63,398 nucleotides of DNA, filler included, from Octopus bimaculoides (GCF_001194135.2; 6 parts of 5 records of this genome joined end to end with filler, not necessarily neighbours in it), one strand, 5' to 3'; counted from the whole stretch's first letter, positions 36,521 to 51,055 are shown. Numbers and translations are program-made. Notes: a model not told the origin generated them from the letters alone.

Positions 36521-38406
36521 AAAAGCAATAACGTTCCGTCGGAAAAAGATTTGGTATTTTAGCAGTTGACTGGTAAAAAAAGGTCGTAGATTTAGATTTT
36601 GAAGAATGCATGTAGACATGCTTCACTGAAGATGTTTAAGGATCCTCAAAGAATAGCACCATCTACACGGGAATGATTTTGGAGATGGTAAAATAGAGGC
36701 TGCTGGTGTATATGACAAGAGTGTAGGCAAATAAGCTAGTGATGTACTGCCCCAACCTTGAGGCACATTAGAGCTTATTGCCTGCATGACCTAACAGGAA
36801 TCCTCTGATCCCAGCAACGAGAGGCGGATAAGATCCATAGATGAGCAATGTTACCTGATGATTTATGTTGAAGACTTCGTTGAATAATTTATGTGGGTTG
36901 GTTGGATGAGACACGTAAGGCAGGTGGGAAGAAGATAGGCATAAAATGTGATTGAATGATACACTTCAGGAGAAGGGGAAACAAGTATAAATACTTGGGC
37001 AGTACCCATATTCTAATTTTGTTATGGTAGATCTCACACTAGGAACACACACTATGTTGGCAGTAGTGGTTGAAATATTTTGGTAATTGAAGAATGATAA
37101 AAATATGTTTTCTGATGTAATCTAGTCTGCGTTGAAGAGGATTATTCAGAAATATAAAGTCTTTCAAATACCTATGTGGTGAGATCCAAGTTTGATTTTC
37201 TGAGTCGTGAAATATTTAGTTTGTAATAAAATATTTGTGGCTCACATAAGTGTCCTGAGCTTATAAATTACTTATGTAAGAACTGATATTTCATTGATTA
37301 ATACTGTAGAATATGTGATTCAATTCACTTTTCTCTTGGTAAGGTTCAATATAACTATATGTAACAGAATTGAATGCATTAACATCATATTGTTAGTGAC
37401 AAGTGGTTTGTCACTTTGTAATGTATAATTCAAATTATACAGTACATTACATTCACAACAAATTTCTGTCATTGCTGTGTCTTCTGTCATCGTGATGACT
37501 TGTGAGTCTCATTGACCCTCGGTGCTATGCCAGTGGAACATAAGGTGATAGGGTGTCGCCTGATGGTACAAGTCAAAGGACAGAAGCCGGGCAAATGTAA
37601 ACCACTACTTCCTAGATGTAACCACGGTTTTGCGTAGATCCAACACCTCTGACTACAAACAGCATCGATGACAATCCAACGCCAACAAAATCCAAGAGAA
37701 AAGAGTAGTAGAAGCAGCAAAGATAAACCAGAGTCGATGAAAGTGAAGATAAATCATCTATGCCTCATAAGGAGCGAAGTACTTAGAGAGAAAATATATT
37801 TCATGAAAACACTATATTAAGTATTCCACTCAGAGTTAAAGGATTAATACATAAACCTGTAAAGAACGTTTCCGAAACAGTAGCTGTTTTTACTCAGTGC
37901 CAAGCAAAAGACTTGTGCGTGAATTACAGTAGAATCTCCTTTTTCAGATATACTATCAAAGAAATTTATCAAATAAATTTTCATCAGAAAGTCATACAAA
38001 ATTAATGTCATATACATATGTAAGACAGCAATCAATTAACGATGGAAGTAGACAGAAGATTTCTATTAATTCAAAGACAGAGAAATAATTACATTGCTGA
38101 AACTACGATTGAATATATTTTGAAATGGGCAAAAATATTGGAATTTTGACGAGTCTTCATGAAATGTGAAGAAAGAAGTGAAGTCTGGTTATACAGGTGC
38201 TTTCAATGGAAAATCAACAGAAAACAAAAGGACAGTTTAATAGTAATAGCTATATACATATATATGTCCTGTCTGTGGGTTTGTTTGCGCGTTTCTGTAT
38301 ATATGTGAATGGGTGTCAGTGTATTTATGTGTTTGTGAGTAATGTCTGCCTACGAAGGTACAGTAATATATATCAAATGTGTGCGCGCGCACGTAGAAGC
38401 ACGTGG

Positions 38407-38458
<52 letters not shown>

Positions 38459-39053
38459 NNNNNNNNNNNNNNNNNNNNNNNNNNNNNNNNNNNNNNNNNN
38501 NNNNNNNNNNNNNNNNNNNNNNNNNNNNNNNNNNNNNNNNNNNNNNNNNNNNNNNNNNNNNNNNNNNNNNNNNNNNNNNNNNNNNNNNNNNNNNNNNNNN
38601 NNNNNNNNNNNNNNNNNNNNNNNNNNNNNNNNNNNNNNNNNNNNNNNNNNNNNNNNNNNNNNNNNNNNNNNNNNNNNNNNNNNNNNNNNNNNNNNNNNNN
38701 NNNNNNNNNNNNNNNNNNNNNNNNNNNNNNNNNNNNNNNNNNNNNNNNNNNNNNNNNNNNNNNNNNNNNNNNNNNNNNNNNNNNNNNNNNNNNNNNNNNN
38801 NNNNNNNNNNNNNNNNNNNNNNNNNNNNNNNNNNNNNNNNNNNNNNNNNNNNNNNNNNNNNNNNNNNNNNNNNNNNNNNNNNNNNNNNNNNNNNNNNNNN
38901 NNNNNNNNNNNNNNNNNNNNNNNNNNNNNNNNNNNNNNNNNNNNNNNNNNNNNNNNNNNNNNNNNNNNNNNNNNNNNNNNNNNNNNNNNNNNNNNNNNNN
39001 NNNNNNNNNNNNNNNNNNNNNNNNNNNNNNNNNNNNNNNNNNNNNNNNNNNNN

Positions 39054-39100
<47 letters not shown>

Positions 39101-39145
39101 ATATATATGCATATATATATATGTATGTATATGTATATATATATG

Positions 39146-39180
<35 letters not shown>

Positions 39181-39543
39181 TTATATTTATATATATTTAT
39201 ATATGTGTATATATATGTATACATTTATGTACATACACTTACATATACATATATGTATACATTTATATATGTATATGTATACGTATATATATATGTATGC
39301 AAACATTCATGTGATTTAGATTGTGCTTGTGTGTATGTGTACGTTTGCGTATATATGTGCATAGTTTTGTCTATGTACATATGTGTGAGCGTGCGCAAGA
39401 GTAGCTGTCGTTAGTGCTTGCTTACGTACGCGCGTCTACGTGTTTCAGCCGAAAACAGAAGTGAAAGCTATTGATAAAGATCGAAAAAGATGTCAGTGAC
39501 AATGACCTGACTTGGAAAGAATTCCGTTGAATAAATGTAGAAA

Positions 39544-39575
<32 letters not shown>

Positions 39576-40024
39576 GCAAACAGAAAAAAAAACAAAAGTA
39601 AAATAAGAATTAAATAACAAAAAGAAAAAAATAAACAAAGAAAAGATAAATAAATAAATAAACATATAAAACAAATTTAAAAATGATAAAATCATTTTTC
39701 AATCGGAATCAATTGAATATATGTGCAACCACTTCACTTTGATATGCAACTGTTAAATGCTTCTTGTTCAATGAGGAATGGTAAAGTGAGGCAGGCATTA
39801 TTTAGGCTGATTTATTTCATTGTGTTCAAAGACTTCAATTTCTCTCACTGAGATTCTTTATTTCTTTGTAAAGAATCAGTGAGAGGAAAGATACGATTCC
39901 GGTTTAAAATTTGAAAAGCAAAGATCAAAGACGGACACAAATTTAAAACATTCGTAAAGTTTGATCCAAATGTCTTAGCAAGTCATTTATAACAATGTTT
40001 GAAAAAGAAAAAAAAATAGACATT

Positions 40025-40091
<67 letters not shown>

Positions 40092-41317
40092 TGTTATTAA
40101 TATTAGGTTGTTGTTAATGTTGCTTTTCTTCTGCTTTTCTTTTTCTTTTCATTTTTTTATTTTGAAATCTCATAATTTATTAAAACTATTTAAATATATA
40201 TTCCATATTGGAAATTATTATAATAATGGCAGAAGAGAAAACTCAACATATGCTGCTATACATTTAAATAGATTTTGCTTTTCTGGAGACAGAATTGGAG
40301 AATTTCAAGAAATGATTTTTAGTAGCTTTTGTAGCCGTTAATATCGTTGCCGCTCGCTGTTGTTTTTATTGTTGCAGATGTTCCTGTGGTTTTAGCCCCG
40401 GGTCAGATCTGACTTAGTAGAGTTATAATCAAAAACATTCACAATTTAATGCATTTTGAAGTACGTTGTTTAATGTGGTTTTCCACCATATTTGTAAGAT
40501 AGCAAAACGTGATTTGCGTGAGAATTTGGTGCCATTTCTTGGAAATTTAACAATCATGTAGAAACAAATATTATAGCCCCGACTTTCATGGTGTAGGGTC
40601 ACTCGGTTTCGGGCTTTGAAACCAATGTTGTTGAGCGTCGTTTTCAACAATACTGGTTATATAAATTGCTTATTAGTAATCTATTCAATGACGCGAACCA
40701 TAAAAATAAGCTCGTCTACATGCATGCTAAGTTAGCAATAACAGTAAAATTTCACTTAAATCAGGATTTAACATTAAAAATGGGAGAAGACATATGCATT
40801 CGGTATGTAGTCTTGGAAGCTAATGGCTTTAAGAAAGACGGCAGGTCATGGCTAAATTGATTTTGACCATTAATCTGCACAGTTAGGAGTGACTGGGAGA
40901 TAAACTAGAACAGACACAACTAATAGAAATGACAGCCAATGAAGGAAAACATTCGTTGTAATATTAGATATACAAAAAATAAGCGACTGACACTGTACAA
41001 TGGCTTTTATGAAAGGGGAAAATTGAAACTAGATGAAGTCGACGTCACCACATTGTGAACAATGCAATCGATTATATATCACACAAAAAAAAAAAGCCTT
41101 TTCGCTGCTGCATTATAGTTGAAATAATCCTCTATTTATGGAAATTCCATAAATGTATATATGTGTATATATATATTTCCAAGAAAGTTAGGGGTTGTGA
41201 ATCCAATCCCCTAAGGGATAATATCTATCCAATATACTGCCGGAAGAATACCCAATTATTATTACACTAGTATTTTTCCTTTGTATTACCAAGTGGATAT
41301 TTTACTCTTAATTTATA

Positions 41318-41574
41318 TAACAATAAGAAAATAGAGGGGAATATGTGGTATTCATCAACTTGCAGACATTGTATTGTGTCAATTTACCTGTTTATTTGTT
41401 AGCTAAGAGGACAATATTATCAATATACGTATATCCTTCTTAATTACTGATATGACATAATATGTATATTGTTATTATTGTCCTCTTAGTAAACAAATAA
41501 ACAGGTAAATTGACACAATACAATGTCTGCAAGCTGATGAATACCACCTATTCCCCTCCATTTTCTTATTGCTG
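41318..41574. mobile_element. Tc1/mariner-type MITE, nearly all hairpin (~97-bp arms, ~60-bp spacer)
   Basis: CAATAAGAAAAT.GAGGGGAATA.GTGGTATTCATCA.CTTGCAGACATTGTATTGTGTCAATTTACCTG..AAGAGGACAATA inverted; TA flanks both ends; right end reads ..CTG|TA. Confidence 0.8.
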
Positions 41575-41713
41575 TATGTATATATATATATATATATGTA
41601 TATATACTAGAGTAAGGACATAAAGGTGAAACAAGGTGGAAAAAGAGTGATCGAATACCGGAGGTAAGGTAATATGCTTTGTTAATGCAGCTGTTCTCGT
41701 TCGTTGGAACAAC

Positions 41714-41752
41714 ACTGACCGACGAACGAGAATGTGAAACTCTGAGTAACAA
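41714..41752 (+). ncRNA. Degenerate hammerhead remnant
   Basis: CCGACGA ACG-AGAA-UGU GAAA CUCUGAG UA: stems II and III plausible, but U4 is C and stem I is broken. Confidence 0.4.
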
Positions 41753-41942
41753 CTTTTTTGATGTCTTTGCAGTTTTATTAATAAAGTATATATATATATA
41801 TATATATATATNNNNNNNNNNNNNNNNNNNNNNNNNNNNNNNNNNNNNNNNNNNNNNNNNNNNNNNNNNNNNNNNNNNNNNNNNNNNNNNNNNNNNNNNN
41901 NNNNNNNNNNNNNNNNNNNNNNNNNNNNNNNNNNNNNNNNNN

Positions 41943-42000
<58 letters not shown>

Positions 42001-44197
42001 CACACACAGAAATATATATGAAATTTCCATTCCGTATATACGAACTATATAAACTTATATCTATGGAATATCGTCATAAAAAGTATGTTGTACCATGACA
42101 CCGAAATAGTTGTTAAAAAAATTAGGTTTGAAGCTTTTATTTTCTTCTGCTTTTATTTTATATATGTACTGAATGACACTATATCCCACGGACAGAATAA
42201 ATAGAACGGCTCGAATCCCACCAAAGTCATGTACCTCTCTCATCGTATCGTGTACAACTAAAAGCAATGGCGTTGCCTATTCTTCTCACTTCGTAAGTGT
42301 TGACGTTGTGTTTATATTAGAAAACATTACCAAAGTATATTGTAACATTCAAAATGGTCTAAAAGAGGTACTTGTTACATGTACATGCTCTCTTCTATTC
42401 AATGTCGATATATATTCATATATTAGCGGACACGACGATATCAACACTCACGGGCACAAGCACATACTCACACACATGCACAAGCACACACACAGACGCA
42501 AACATATACACAGATACTTAAATACAAACTCAATTATGTGTGTATATATATATAATTCAATGTATAGAAGCACTTACATACATACATATTAATATATACA
42601 TATATATATGTATGTATGCATACATGTATATACACATACATGTATGTATCTCTCACTCTCCCTCTCTATTTCTTTCTCGCTCTCTCCACTCTCTCTAACT
42701 GCTTCTCTCTGCAAGTATCTATATACATATATACAACATAAATAATATATATATGTATATATATTTATGCATATATACATGCGTGTATATACATACTTAC
42801 ATCTATATATATATATGCATATGTGGGTACAAGACGTCACAAACGTGTACACCAAAAAAATAGGAAGTACGAGTACATGGAATATGAGCAATTTTTGCGA
42901 ACAACCAAAAAAGCAAATGGAAAACAAGACAACCAACATAAAGAACGACCCTTCTTCAGTTGTTGGCTGTTTTTCTACTCTCGTATTTCGAGCATTTAAC
43001 AAAACGCTTTCGATAAAACCGCTGCTCCTGAAATAGCAAATTAAATAAAATGTGGGATTTTGCCGAGGTTGAAAATTGGTAACAAACAGGATTGTGAAAA
43101 CAAACAGGAAGGTCTGCTAAGCCTAAATGACGTTGTCGGGGTGAACCCGTAAATTATGCTTGGACAGGAGACAGACAAGAACACGTCTTCCTTGATACAG
43201 CATAGCGGAGAGAAAGAAAGAAACGTAAGTTAGGAGGAGAAAGATGGCCGATATATATATAGATACATATATATATATATATATATANNNNNNNNNNNNN
43301 NNNNNNNNNNNNNNNNNNNNNNNNNNNNNNNNNNNNNNNNNNNNNNNNNNNNNNNNNNNNNNNNNNNNNNNNNNNNNNNNNNNNNNNNNNNNNNNNNNNN
43401 NNNNNNNNNNNNNNNNNNNNNNNNNNNNNNNNNNNNNNNNNNNNNNNNNNNNNNNNNNNNNNNNNNNNNNNNNNNNNNNNNNNNNNNNNNNNNNNNNNNN
43501 NNNNNNNNNNNNNNNNNNNNNNNNNNNNNNNNNNNNNNNNNNNNNNNNNNNNNNNNNNNNNNNNNNNNNNNNNNNNNNNNNNNNNNNNNNNNNNNNNNNN
43601 NNNNNNNNNNNNNNNNNNNNNNNNNNNNNNNNNNNNNNNNNNNNNNNNNNNNNNNNNNNNNNNNNNNNNNNNNNNNNNNNNNNNNNNNNNNNNNNNNNNN
43701 NNNNNNNNNNNNNNNNNNNNNNNNNNNNNNNNNNNNNNNNNNNNNNNNNNNNNNNNNNNNNNNNNNNNNNNNNNNNNNNNNNNNNNNNNNNNNNNNNNNN
43801 NNNNNNNNNNNNNNNNNNNNNNNNNNNNNNNNNNNNNNNNNNNNNNNNNNNNNNNNNNNNNNNNNNNNNNNNNNNNNNNNNNNNNNNNNNNNNNNNNNNN
43901 NNNNNNNNNNNNNNNNNNNNNNNNNNNNNNNNNNNNNNNNNNNNNNNNNNNNNNNNNNNNNNNNNNNNNNNNNNNNNNNNNNNNNNNNNNNNNNNNNNNN
44001 NNNNNNNNNNNNNNNNNNNNNNNNNNNNNNNNNNNNNNNNNNNNNNNNNNNNNNNNNNNNNNNNNNNNNNNNNNNNNNNNNNNNNNNNNNNNNNNNNNNN
44101 NNNNNNNNNNNNNNNNNNNNNNNNNNNNNNNNNNNNNNNNNNNNNNNNNNNNNNNNNNNNNNNNNNNNNNNNTATATATATATATATGTATATATAT

Positions 44198-44262
<65 letters not shown>

Positions 44263-45414
44263 CAGATAGATTATATGTACCGGAGGATGAACAATCCCTA
44301 AATAATTATTCCTACCTTTTAGGTCTTCATATTCAGACGCTCGTGATCATTGGAAGAAATGCAGCAGTTGATAATACATTATATAAAAAAAATACGCACA
44401 AATCGTATGTGTAGTAACTGCTGTTTGAAAATACACTGGGAGGAGAGTTTGCAGAAGTGATGGTTTGGGATAAAATATGTACATATGGAAAGAAAATGAA
44501 AAACAAATTAGGAAATGCGCAAACACATACAATTTTTTAATAAAATTTTGCGTAAGCGAAGATGGAAAATTAATTACAAAAATATATGAAGCACGAGTTT
44601 AAAGAAAAAATTATCTCGGAAAGCTGGAGAATCAGATAAAAAAGATAAGAGTGAGTTAAATTGTTTTCTATGCTCTTGTGGTATTATCCATTTGGTGTTT
44701 AAAATTAGATAAATATATACTTGGTACCGTGTTTGTAAGTTAACAGAAGCTTAGTTTTTATATTTGTTTCTTCAAATTTAGAAGAAAATAAGTAAATAGT
44801 CTGTTAGACATGCTAAGCGACTTTATCTTCAATTAAATCTTCAATACCAGTATTGAGTAAAATACCTAGCAATAACCAAGCGATTGTCAATGCAGTAGGC
44901 TTACCTCTCAAAGGAATTCTATCTAATTTGATAGAGTGATCAAGCGTTTGCGGAAATATGTCTGAGAAGGTAAAAATCAATTCTTAGACGTAAAATTATA
45001 TCAAAAAAGCTTATGAAGTAAGAAACGGGAGGCGAATCAAAAAACGGGAGGAAAATCTTTTCGATTCTAATTGTTATTTAAAATTGCAAGGGGAAAACAT
45101 GTTTTAAAGTTGAGAAGTTTTCCAGAAATTTCGGAAATAAGAAACATAAATGATATGACTAAGAGAGAGAGCGAGAGAAAAAGTTAAATGTTATTTTTAG
45201 GCGTTCACAGTATTATATAATTGTGAAGCTGATATTTGCAATCGTGTTTGCGAATTGACAAAACTGAGTTCATAGGATTCCTCCATAGCAATATGGAGAA
45301 GAATAAATCGTGTTTCACTTAAATTTAGTACAGAAATAATTTCCAATGAAATTGCCTATATCGGTACAATGATGGAGGAATCCAGCAATAAGATATTTCC
45401 GAATTATAAAGATA

Positions 45415-45578
45415 GATGCATGAGTGGCTGTGTGGTAAGTATCTTGCTTACCAACCACATGGTTCCGGATTCAGTCCCACTGCGTGGCAACTTAGGGAAG
45501 TGTCTTCTACTATAGCCTCGGACCGACCAAAGCCTTGTGAGTGGATTTGGTACACGGAAACTGAAAGATGCCCATCGT
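45415..45578 (+). mobile_element. SINE family B head
   Basis: GAGTGGCTGTGTGGTAAGTATCTTGCTTACCAACCACATGGTTCCGGATTCAGTCCCACTGCGTGGC. Confidence 0.85.
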
Positions 45579-46178
45579 ATATATATACATATGTGATAGT
45601 GGATTTTCATCGATGAGTTCTTGAAAATTGGTTATTTTCCCTAAAACTATATATTTTATATATACTTTATCTATAAGGCTCAATTTAATTTTAATTTTTT
45701 ATAAATTGATTTTAATTGAGTTTTTTACCTGTAATTTTGGATTTTGTCCCTAATATTATTATTATTATATATNNNNNNNNNNNNNNNNNNNNNNNNNNNN
45801 NNNNNNNNNNNNNNNNNNNNNNNNNNNNNNNNNNNNNNNNNNNNNNNNNNNNNNNNNNNNNNNNNNNNNNNNNNNNNNNNNNNNNNNNNNNNNNNNNNNN
45901 NNNNNNNNNNNNNNNNNNNNNNNNNNNNNNNNNNNNNNNNNNNNNNNNNNNNNNNNNNNNNNNNNNNNNNNNNNNNNNNNNNNNNNNNNNNNNNNNNNNN
46001 NNNNNNNNNNNNNNNNNNNNNNNNNNNNNNNNNNNNNNNNNNNNNNNNNNNNNNNNNNNNNNNNNNNNNNNNNNNNNNNNNNNNNNNNNNNNNNNNNNNN
46101 NNNNNNNNNNNNNNNNNNNNNNNNNNNNNNNNGTGTGCATACACACGCACGTTTGCATGTTGTGTGTGTGTATATGTG

Positions 46179-46252
<74 letters not shown>

Positions 46253-46741
46253 ATTAAGAGAAACAGAGAGGTAAATACAGAAATATCTATTTTTCAAATT
46301 AGAATGTAAGATATTTCGGTAAAAGAGGGAAATGGAAAGAAAAGGATATTTTAAATATTTTTCTCATTCATTTCCGAATTTCTCGTATTTCTCTTCAGTG
46401 TTATAAAGTGTTTGGTACGCGATTGCACCCTAACGCTCAGACACCTACAGGAAAAAGGTTTATCTGTTCATTCACTTTATCTTGGGTTTTGTTAGTGCCA
46501 AGGTTTCGTGTGTCTATGTCTTAAAAAGAATTGTGACAAAAATCTAGTTTTTCAGTGAGTCACATTTTCATTCGTTCAAATTTGATCGTAATCAAATATT
46601 AGGATTGCACAGATTTAATGATGACACCGAATCCTTTGTAAACTCGACTGTGATTGGTTGATATGATATCCTATTGTATACAAGAGAATCATATGTAATG
46701 TGTTTCGTATTTAGTAGGAAGTTTGAATATTGGTAGTAGTA

Positions 46742-47110
46742 GAAGGCGGTGAACGTTACGTTCTGAGTTCAAATTCCGCTGAGGTCGACTTTGCCTTTCA
46801 TCCTTTCGAAGTCGATAAAATAAGTACCGGTTGCATACTGGACCCTCTCCCCAAATTTCGGACCTTGTACCTAGAGTAGAAAAGAATATTAGTAGTAGTA
46901 GAAGGTGGCGAGCTAGCAGAAACGTTAGCACGCCGGGCGAAATGCTTAGCGGTATTTCGTCTGCCGTGACGTTCTGAGTTCAAATTCCNNNNNNNNNNAT
47001 TTCGTCTGCCGTGACGTTCTGAGTTCAAATTCCGCCGAGGTCGACTTTGCCTTTCATCCTTTCGGGGTCGATTAAATATGTACCAGGTACGCACTGGGGT
47101 CGATATAATC
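46742..47110 (+). mobile_element. Two adjacent SINE family A copies (46742-46890 and 46903-47110)
   Basis: Family A motif twice; the 10-N gap in the second copy has duplicated flanks. Confidence 0.85.
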
Positions 47111-47804
47111 GACTTAATGGGCTACAGTGTGGGCAGTAAAGAAATAAGAAACGTTAGCTGTTACGTTCTGAGCTCACATTCTGCCGAGGTCTTCGTTTTT
47201 GAAGCATTTCTCACGCAGGAAGTGGTCGAGATGCTTGAAAAAGTGGTAGTCGGTAGGTGATAAGTCTGGTGACTATGGTGGATGAGGCAGAGTTTCGTTG
47301 CCCAATTCGTTCAACTTCTACAGTGTCAGATGATGATGATGATAATAATAATAATAACTTTGATTATTGTGTGGCGTACAAGTCCAATTTTTTTTAGAAC
47401 GCTTTACTTAGAACGAGACTCAGGTTTTCTTTTTCTGTTTTCACTAAACTGCGTGTTATGATGTAATTTCTATTCGATTTAATCGCGAAATCCTTCTGTT
47501 CCTTATTTGATAATCCAAGAATGATGACTATCGCGTAATTCTTTTAGATAATTATAAATGAAACTATTAATAATTCACTTAGTTTCTGTGAGTTTGTCAT
47601 TTAAATTTAATTCTCTAGTGTTTGCACAAGGTTGAACTGCGAGAATATATATGTCAGCATTGAGCAAATGCTGACACGTACAAATATGGAAGATTGTATG
47701 TAAGTATGGGTGGATGTCTGTATGGATGTATACATGTGTGTTTGTAGTAATGTATATAAGTATGCATATACGTGTGTCTGTATACATGTATATATTTCAA
47801 ATAT

Positions 47805-47846
<42 letters not shown>

Positions 47847-48199
47847 NNNNNNNNNNNNNNNNNNNNNNNNNNNNNNNNNNNNNNNNNNNNNNNNNNNNNN
47901 NNNNNNNNNNNNNNNNNNNNNNNNNNNNNNNNNNNNNNNNNNNNNNNNNNNNNNNNNNNNNNNNNNNNNNNNNNNNNNNNNNNNNNNNNNNNNNNNNNNN
48001 NNNNNNNNNNNNNNNNNNNNNNNNNNNNNNNNNNNNNNNNNNNNNNNNNNNNNNNNNNNNNNNNNNNNNNNNNNNNNNNNNNNNNNNNNNNNNNNNNNNN
48101 NNNNNNNNNNNNNNNNNNNNNNNNNNNNNNNNNNNNNNNNNNNNNNNNNNNNNNNNNNNNNNNNNNNNNNNNNNNNNNNNNNNNNNNNNNNNNNNNNTC

Positions 48200-48376
48200 C
48201 CAAAAAAACATCGCTTGACAACCGATACTGGTGTGTTTTCGTCCCCGTAATTAGAGACCGATAAAAAAAGTACTAGGCTTTAAAAAAGAATAAGTCTTGG
48301 GGTCGATTTCCACGACTAAAGGTGGTGCTCCAGCATGGTCGCAGTCAAATGACCGAAACAAGTAAAAGAGTAAAGA
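48200..48376 (+). mobile_element. SINE B/C tail
   Basis: CATCGCTTGACAACCGAT..GCTCCAGCATGGTCGCAGTCAAATGACCGAAACAAGTAAAAGAG. Confidence 0.8.
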
Positions 48377-48481
48377 GAATATAATACACACACATATGTA
48401 TATACATATACATGTATTGATTGAGTATGTATACATCCATATATATATATACAAATATAGATAGATAGATATAGATATACA

Positions 48482-48887
48482 GTGGCACTCCGTCGGTTAC
48501 GATGACGAGAGTTCCAGTTGATCCGCTCAACGGAATAGATTGTGCAAGTGGCTGAGCACTCCATAGACACGTGTGCCTTTAACGTAGTTCTCGGTAAGTT
48601 TCAGCTGACACAGAGTGTGACAATGCTGGCCCTTTGAAATACAGGTACAACAGAAACAGGAAGAAAATTGTAGTGAAATAGTGCCGTAGGGTTGGCCATC
48701 ACCCCTTGCCGGAGCTTCGTGGAGAAAGAGTGAGAGTAAGCTGTGAGGAAAGAGTAAAACAGGGTTCGCTTCCACCCACTGCTGGAACATCGTGGGGCTT
48801 TAGGTGTTTTGCTAAATAAACACTGACAAACCGCGATCCTAAGACCTCGAATCCGCTGCTCTAATCAGCGGGCCATTGCGCCTCCAC
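48482..48887 (-). mobile_element. tRNA-derived SINE family F
   Basis: Homologous to 6426-6806. Confidence 0.85.
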
Positions 48888-49788
48888 CACCAAGCATACA
48901 GAGTCTTCGTCTATGGCCAATTGTTGATGTTAGCGTAAAATTCTTCGTTGTGTCACATTTATATCACGGTGTATATCGCCCTGTATTTATGCGAAATAAT
49001 AAGTATGTCCAATGGGGCCAACAGAATTTTAAAGACGCGTAGGCATGGCTGTGTGGTTAAGAAATTAGTTTTGCAGTCAGATTCTTCCAGGTTCAGTCAC
49101 ACTACACAGTGCGCTGAGCAAGTGCCTTCTAATATAACCTCGGCCCAAGCAACGCCTTCTAAACGAACTTGTAGACTCATAGTCGGAAAATGCGTGGAAG
49201 CCAGTCGTATAGACATGCGCGGCACACACACACACACATACACATACACATACACATCATGTAAATATACACGCATGCTTGTATGTGTGTATATATATTT
49301 TTACGAATGTATATGCGTGTGTGTTTTTGCACATATATTGCATCAGTGAGTGAGTAATAGAGAATGATAGAAGCACGAGGTTTAAAAAGTAAGTACTGGG
49401 GTCGATTTTTTCGATAAAGGCCCTTCAAACCGGTTCTCCAATGAGGACGCGGTCCAATGAATGAAACAAGAATATGTGNNNNNNNNNNNNNNNNNNNNNN
49501 NNNNNNNNNNNNNNNNNNNNNNTTAATTAATTAANNNNNNNNNNNNNNNNNNNNNNNNNNNNNNNNNNNNNNNNNNNNGACATTTTTCAAATGTCAAGAA
49601 GGAAATTTTTGTATTTTGCTAGGGCCGAAACTGCCCCTGGGGGCCAATTCCTGCCCTTGAAAATACACACAAATGAAGCCTAGGTGCTTCGCAACAAAAT
49701 TATTAAAAAATTCCAACAAAATGTGGACAATAAAAGGTCAAATAAACGTTTACCTTCGCAGCCGATGTGACAGCACGTCCGTGAGAAG

Positions 49789-49911
<123 letters not shown>

Positions 49912-50089
49912 CAGACAAAGTGATAGATATGGGTAGATTTTAACTAAGAGAACTCAGGCCAGCTGTTGTCTTCCCCAGACATATTGACTCCCTATAATGT
50001 ACAAGAGATCATACTTTGAAGCAGATTAAGAGATCAATCCGGATTTACAATACAGATTTGAAACTGGAGATTAACAGCAGATTATCAGC

Positions 50090-50440
50090 ACCACCACCCT
50101 ACCACACATATACCCACACCGGCACCGGCACCACCGTTTTCCTCCGCCTTTCATCTTCTTCCTCCTTTTTATCATCATCATCATCATCGTCGTCGTCGTT
50201 GATGCCGTCATCTTCATCACCACCACCACCACCACCACCACCACTACCACCATCATCACTAATGTCATCATCGTCATCATCATCATCAGCATCCCCACCA
50301 CCACAACTACCACCACCAGCTCCACCAACAACAACAACAACAACAGCAACAACACCATCAACATCATCATCATTATCATTGTCATTGTTATTGTTATTGT
50401 TGTTGTTATTGTCAATGTCCCAAGGCAACAAACTACCAGA
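50090..50440. repeat. Compound (CAT)/(CAC)/(CAA)/(TTG) trinucleotide tract
   Basis: Direct reading; source of the poly-S/P/T/D/G ORFs. Confidence 0.9.
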
Positions 50441-50746
50441 ACCATCAACATGCCGGTCAAATTGCTAAACGGCATCTTTCCTAGCTTCATGTCCCCAGCT
50501 CAAATCTCTCCAAAGCCGACTTTACCATTCGTCCCTTGCGGGTCCATAAAATAAGCACCAGTCAAGCGCTGGGGTCAATGTAATCAACTGAGCCCCTCCC
50601 CTTAAAATTACTGGCCTCTGCCTATAACAGAAAGGATTATTAGAAGATACTTTGTATGCTCTGTTTATTTTTCTCTCATCTCACTCTGTTTTTCCTTTCT
50701 TTCTCCTCATCTTTTACGTAAATACTTACACAAATTATAGACCATT

Positions 50747-50975
50747 AAGGTGGCGAGCTGGCAGAAACGTTAGCACGCCGGGCGGTATTTCGTCTGCCGC
50801 TACGTTCTGAGTTCAAATTCCGCCGAGGTCGACTTTGCCTTTCATCCTTTCAGGGTCGATAAATTAAGTACCAGCTACACACTGGGTCGATGTAATCAAC
50901 TTAATCCCTTTGTCTGTCCTTGTTTGTCCCCTCTATGTTTAGCCCCTTGTGGGCAATAAAGAAATAACAAATTAT
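50747..50975 (+). mobile_element. SINE family A (CpGs retained)
   Basis: GGTGGCGAGCTGGCAGAAACGTTAGCACGCCGGGCG..CGCCGAGGTCGAC. Confidence 0.85.
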
Positions 50976-51055
50976 AGACCATCCTTGTAATGTCCTCCCT
51001 TCATCTATGCCCCTGTGGCAAATAAAAGAAATTATTATTATTATTATTATTGTTA

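Noticed and set aside
42940-43010. CUGAAGA and GAAA on the minus strand of the 42825-43245 element
   Set aside because: The order and spacing give no valid stem I/III or UH site; the element may be PLE-related but no hammerhead can be drawn.
46955-47035. Duplicated 35 bp around the 10-N gap in a SINE
   Set aside because: Unmerged contig overlap.
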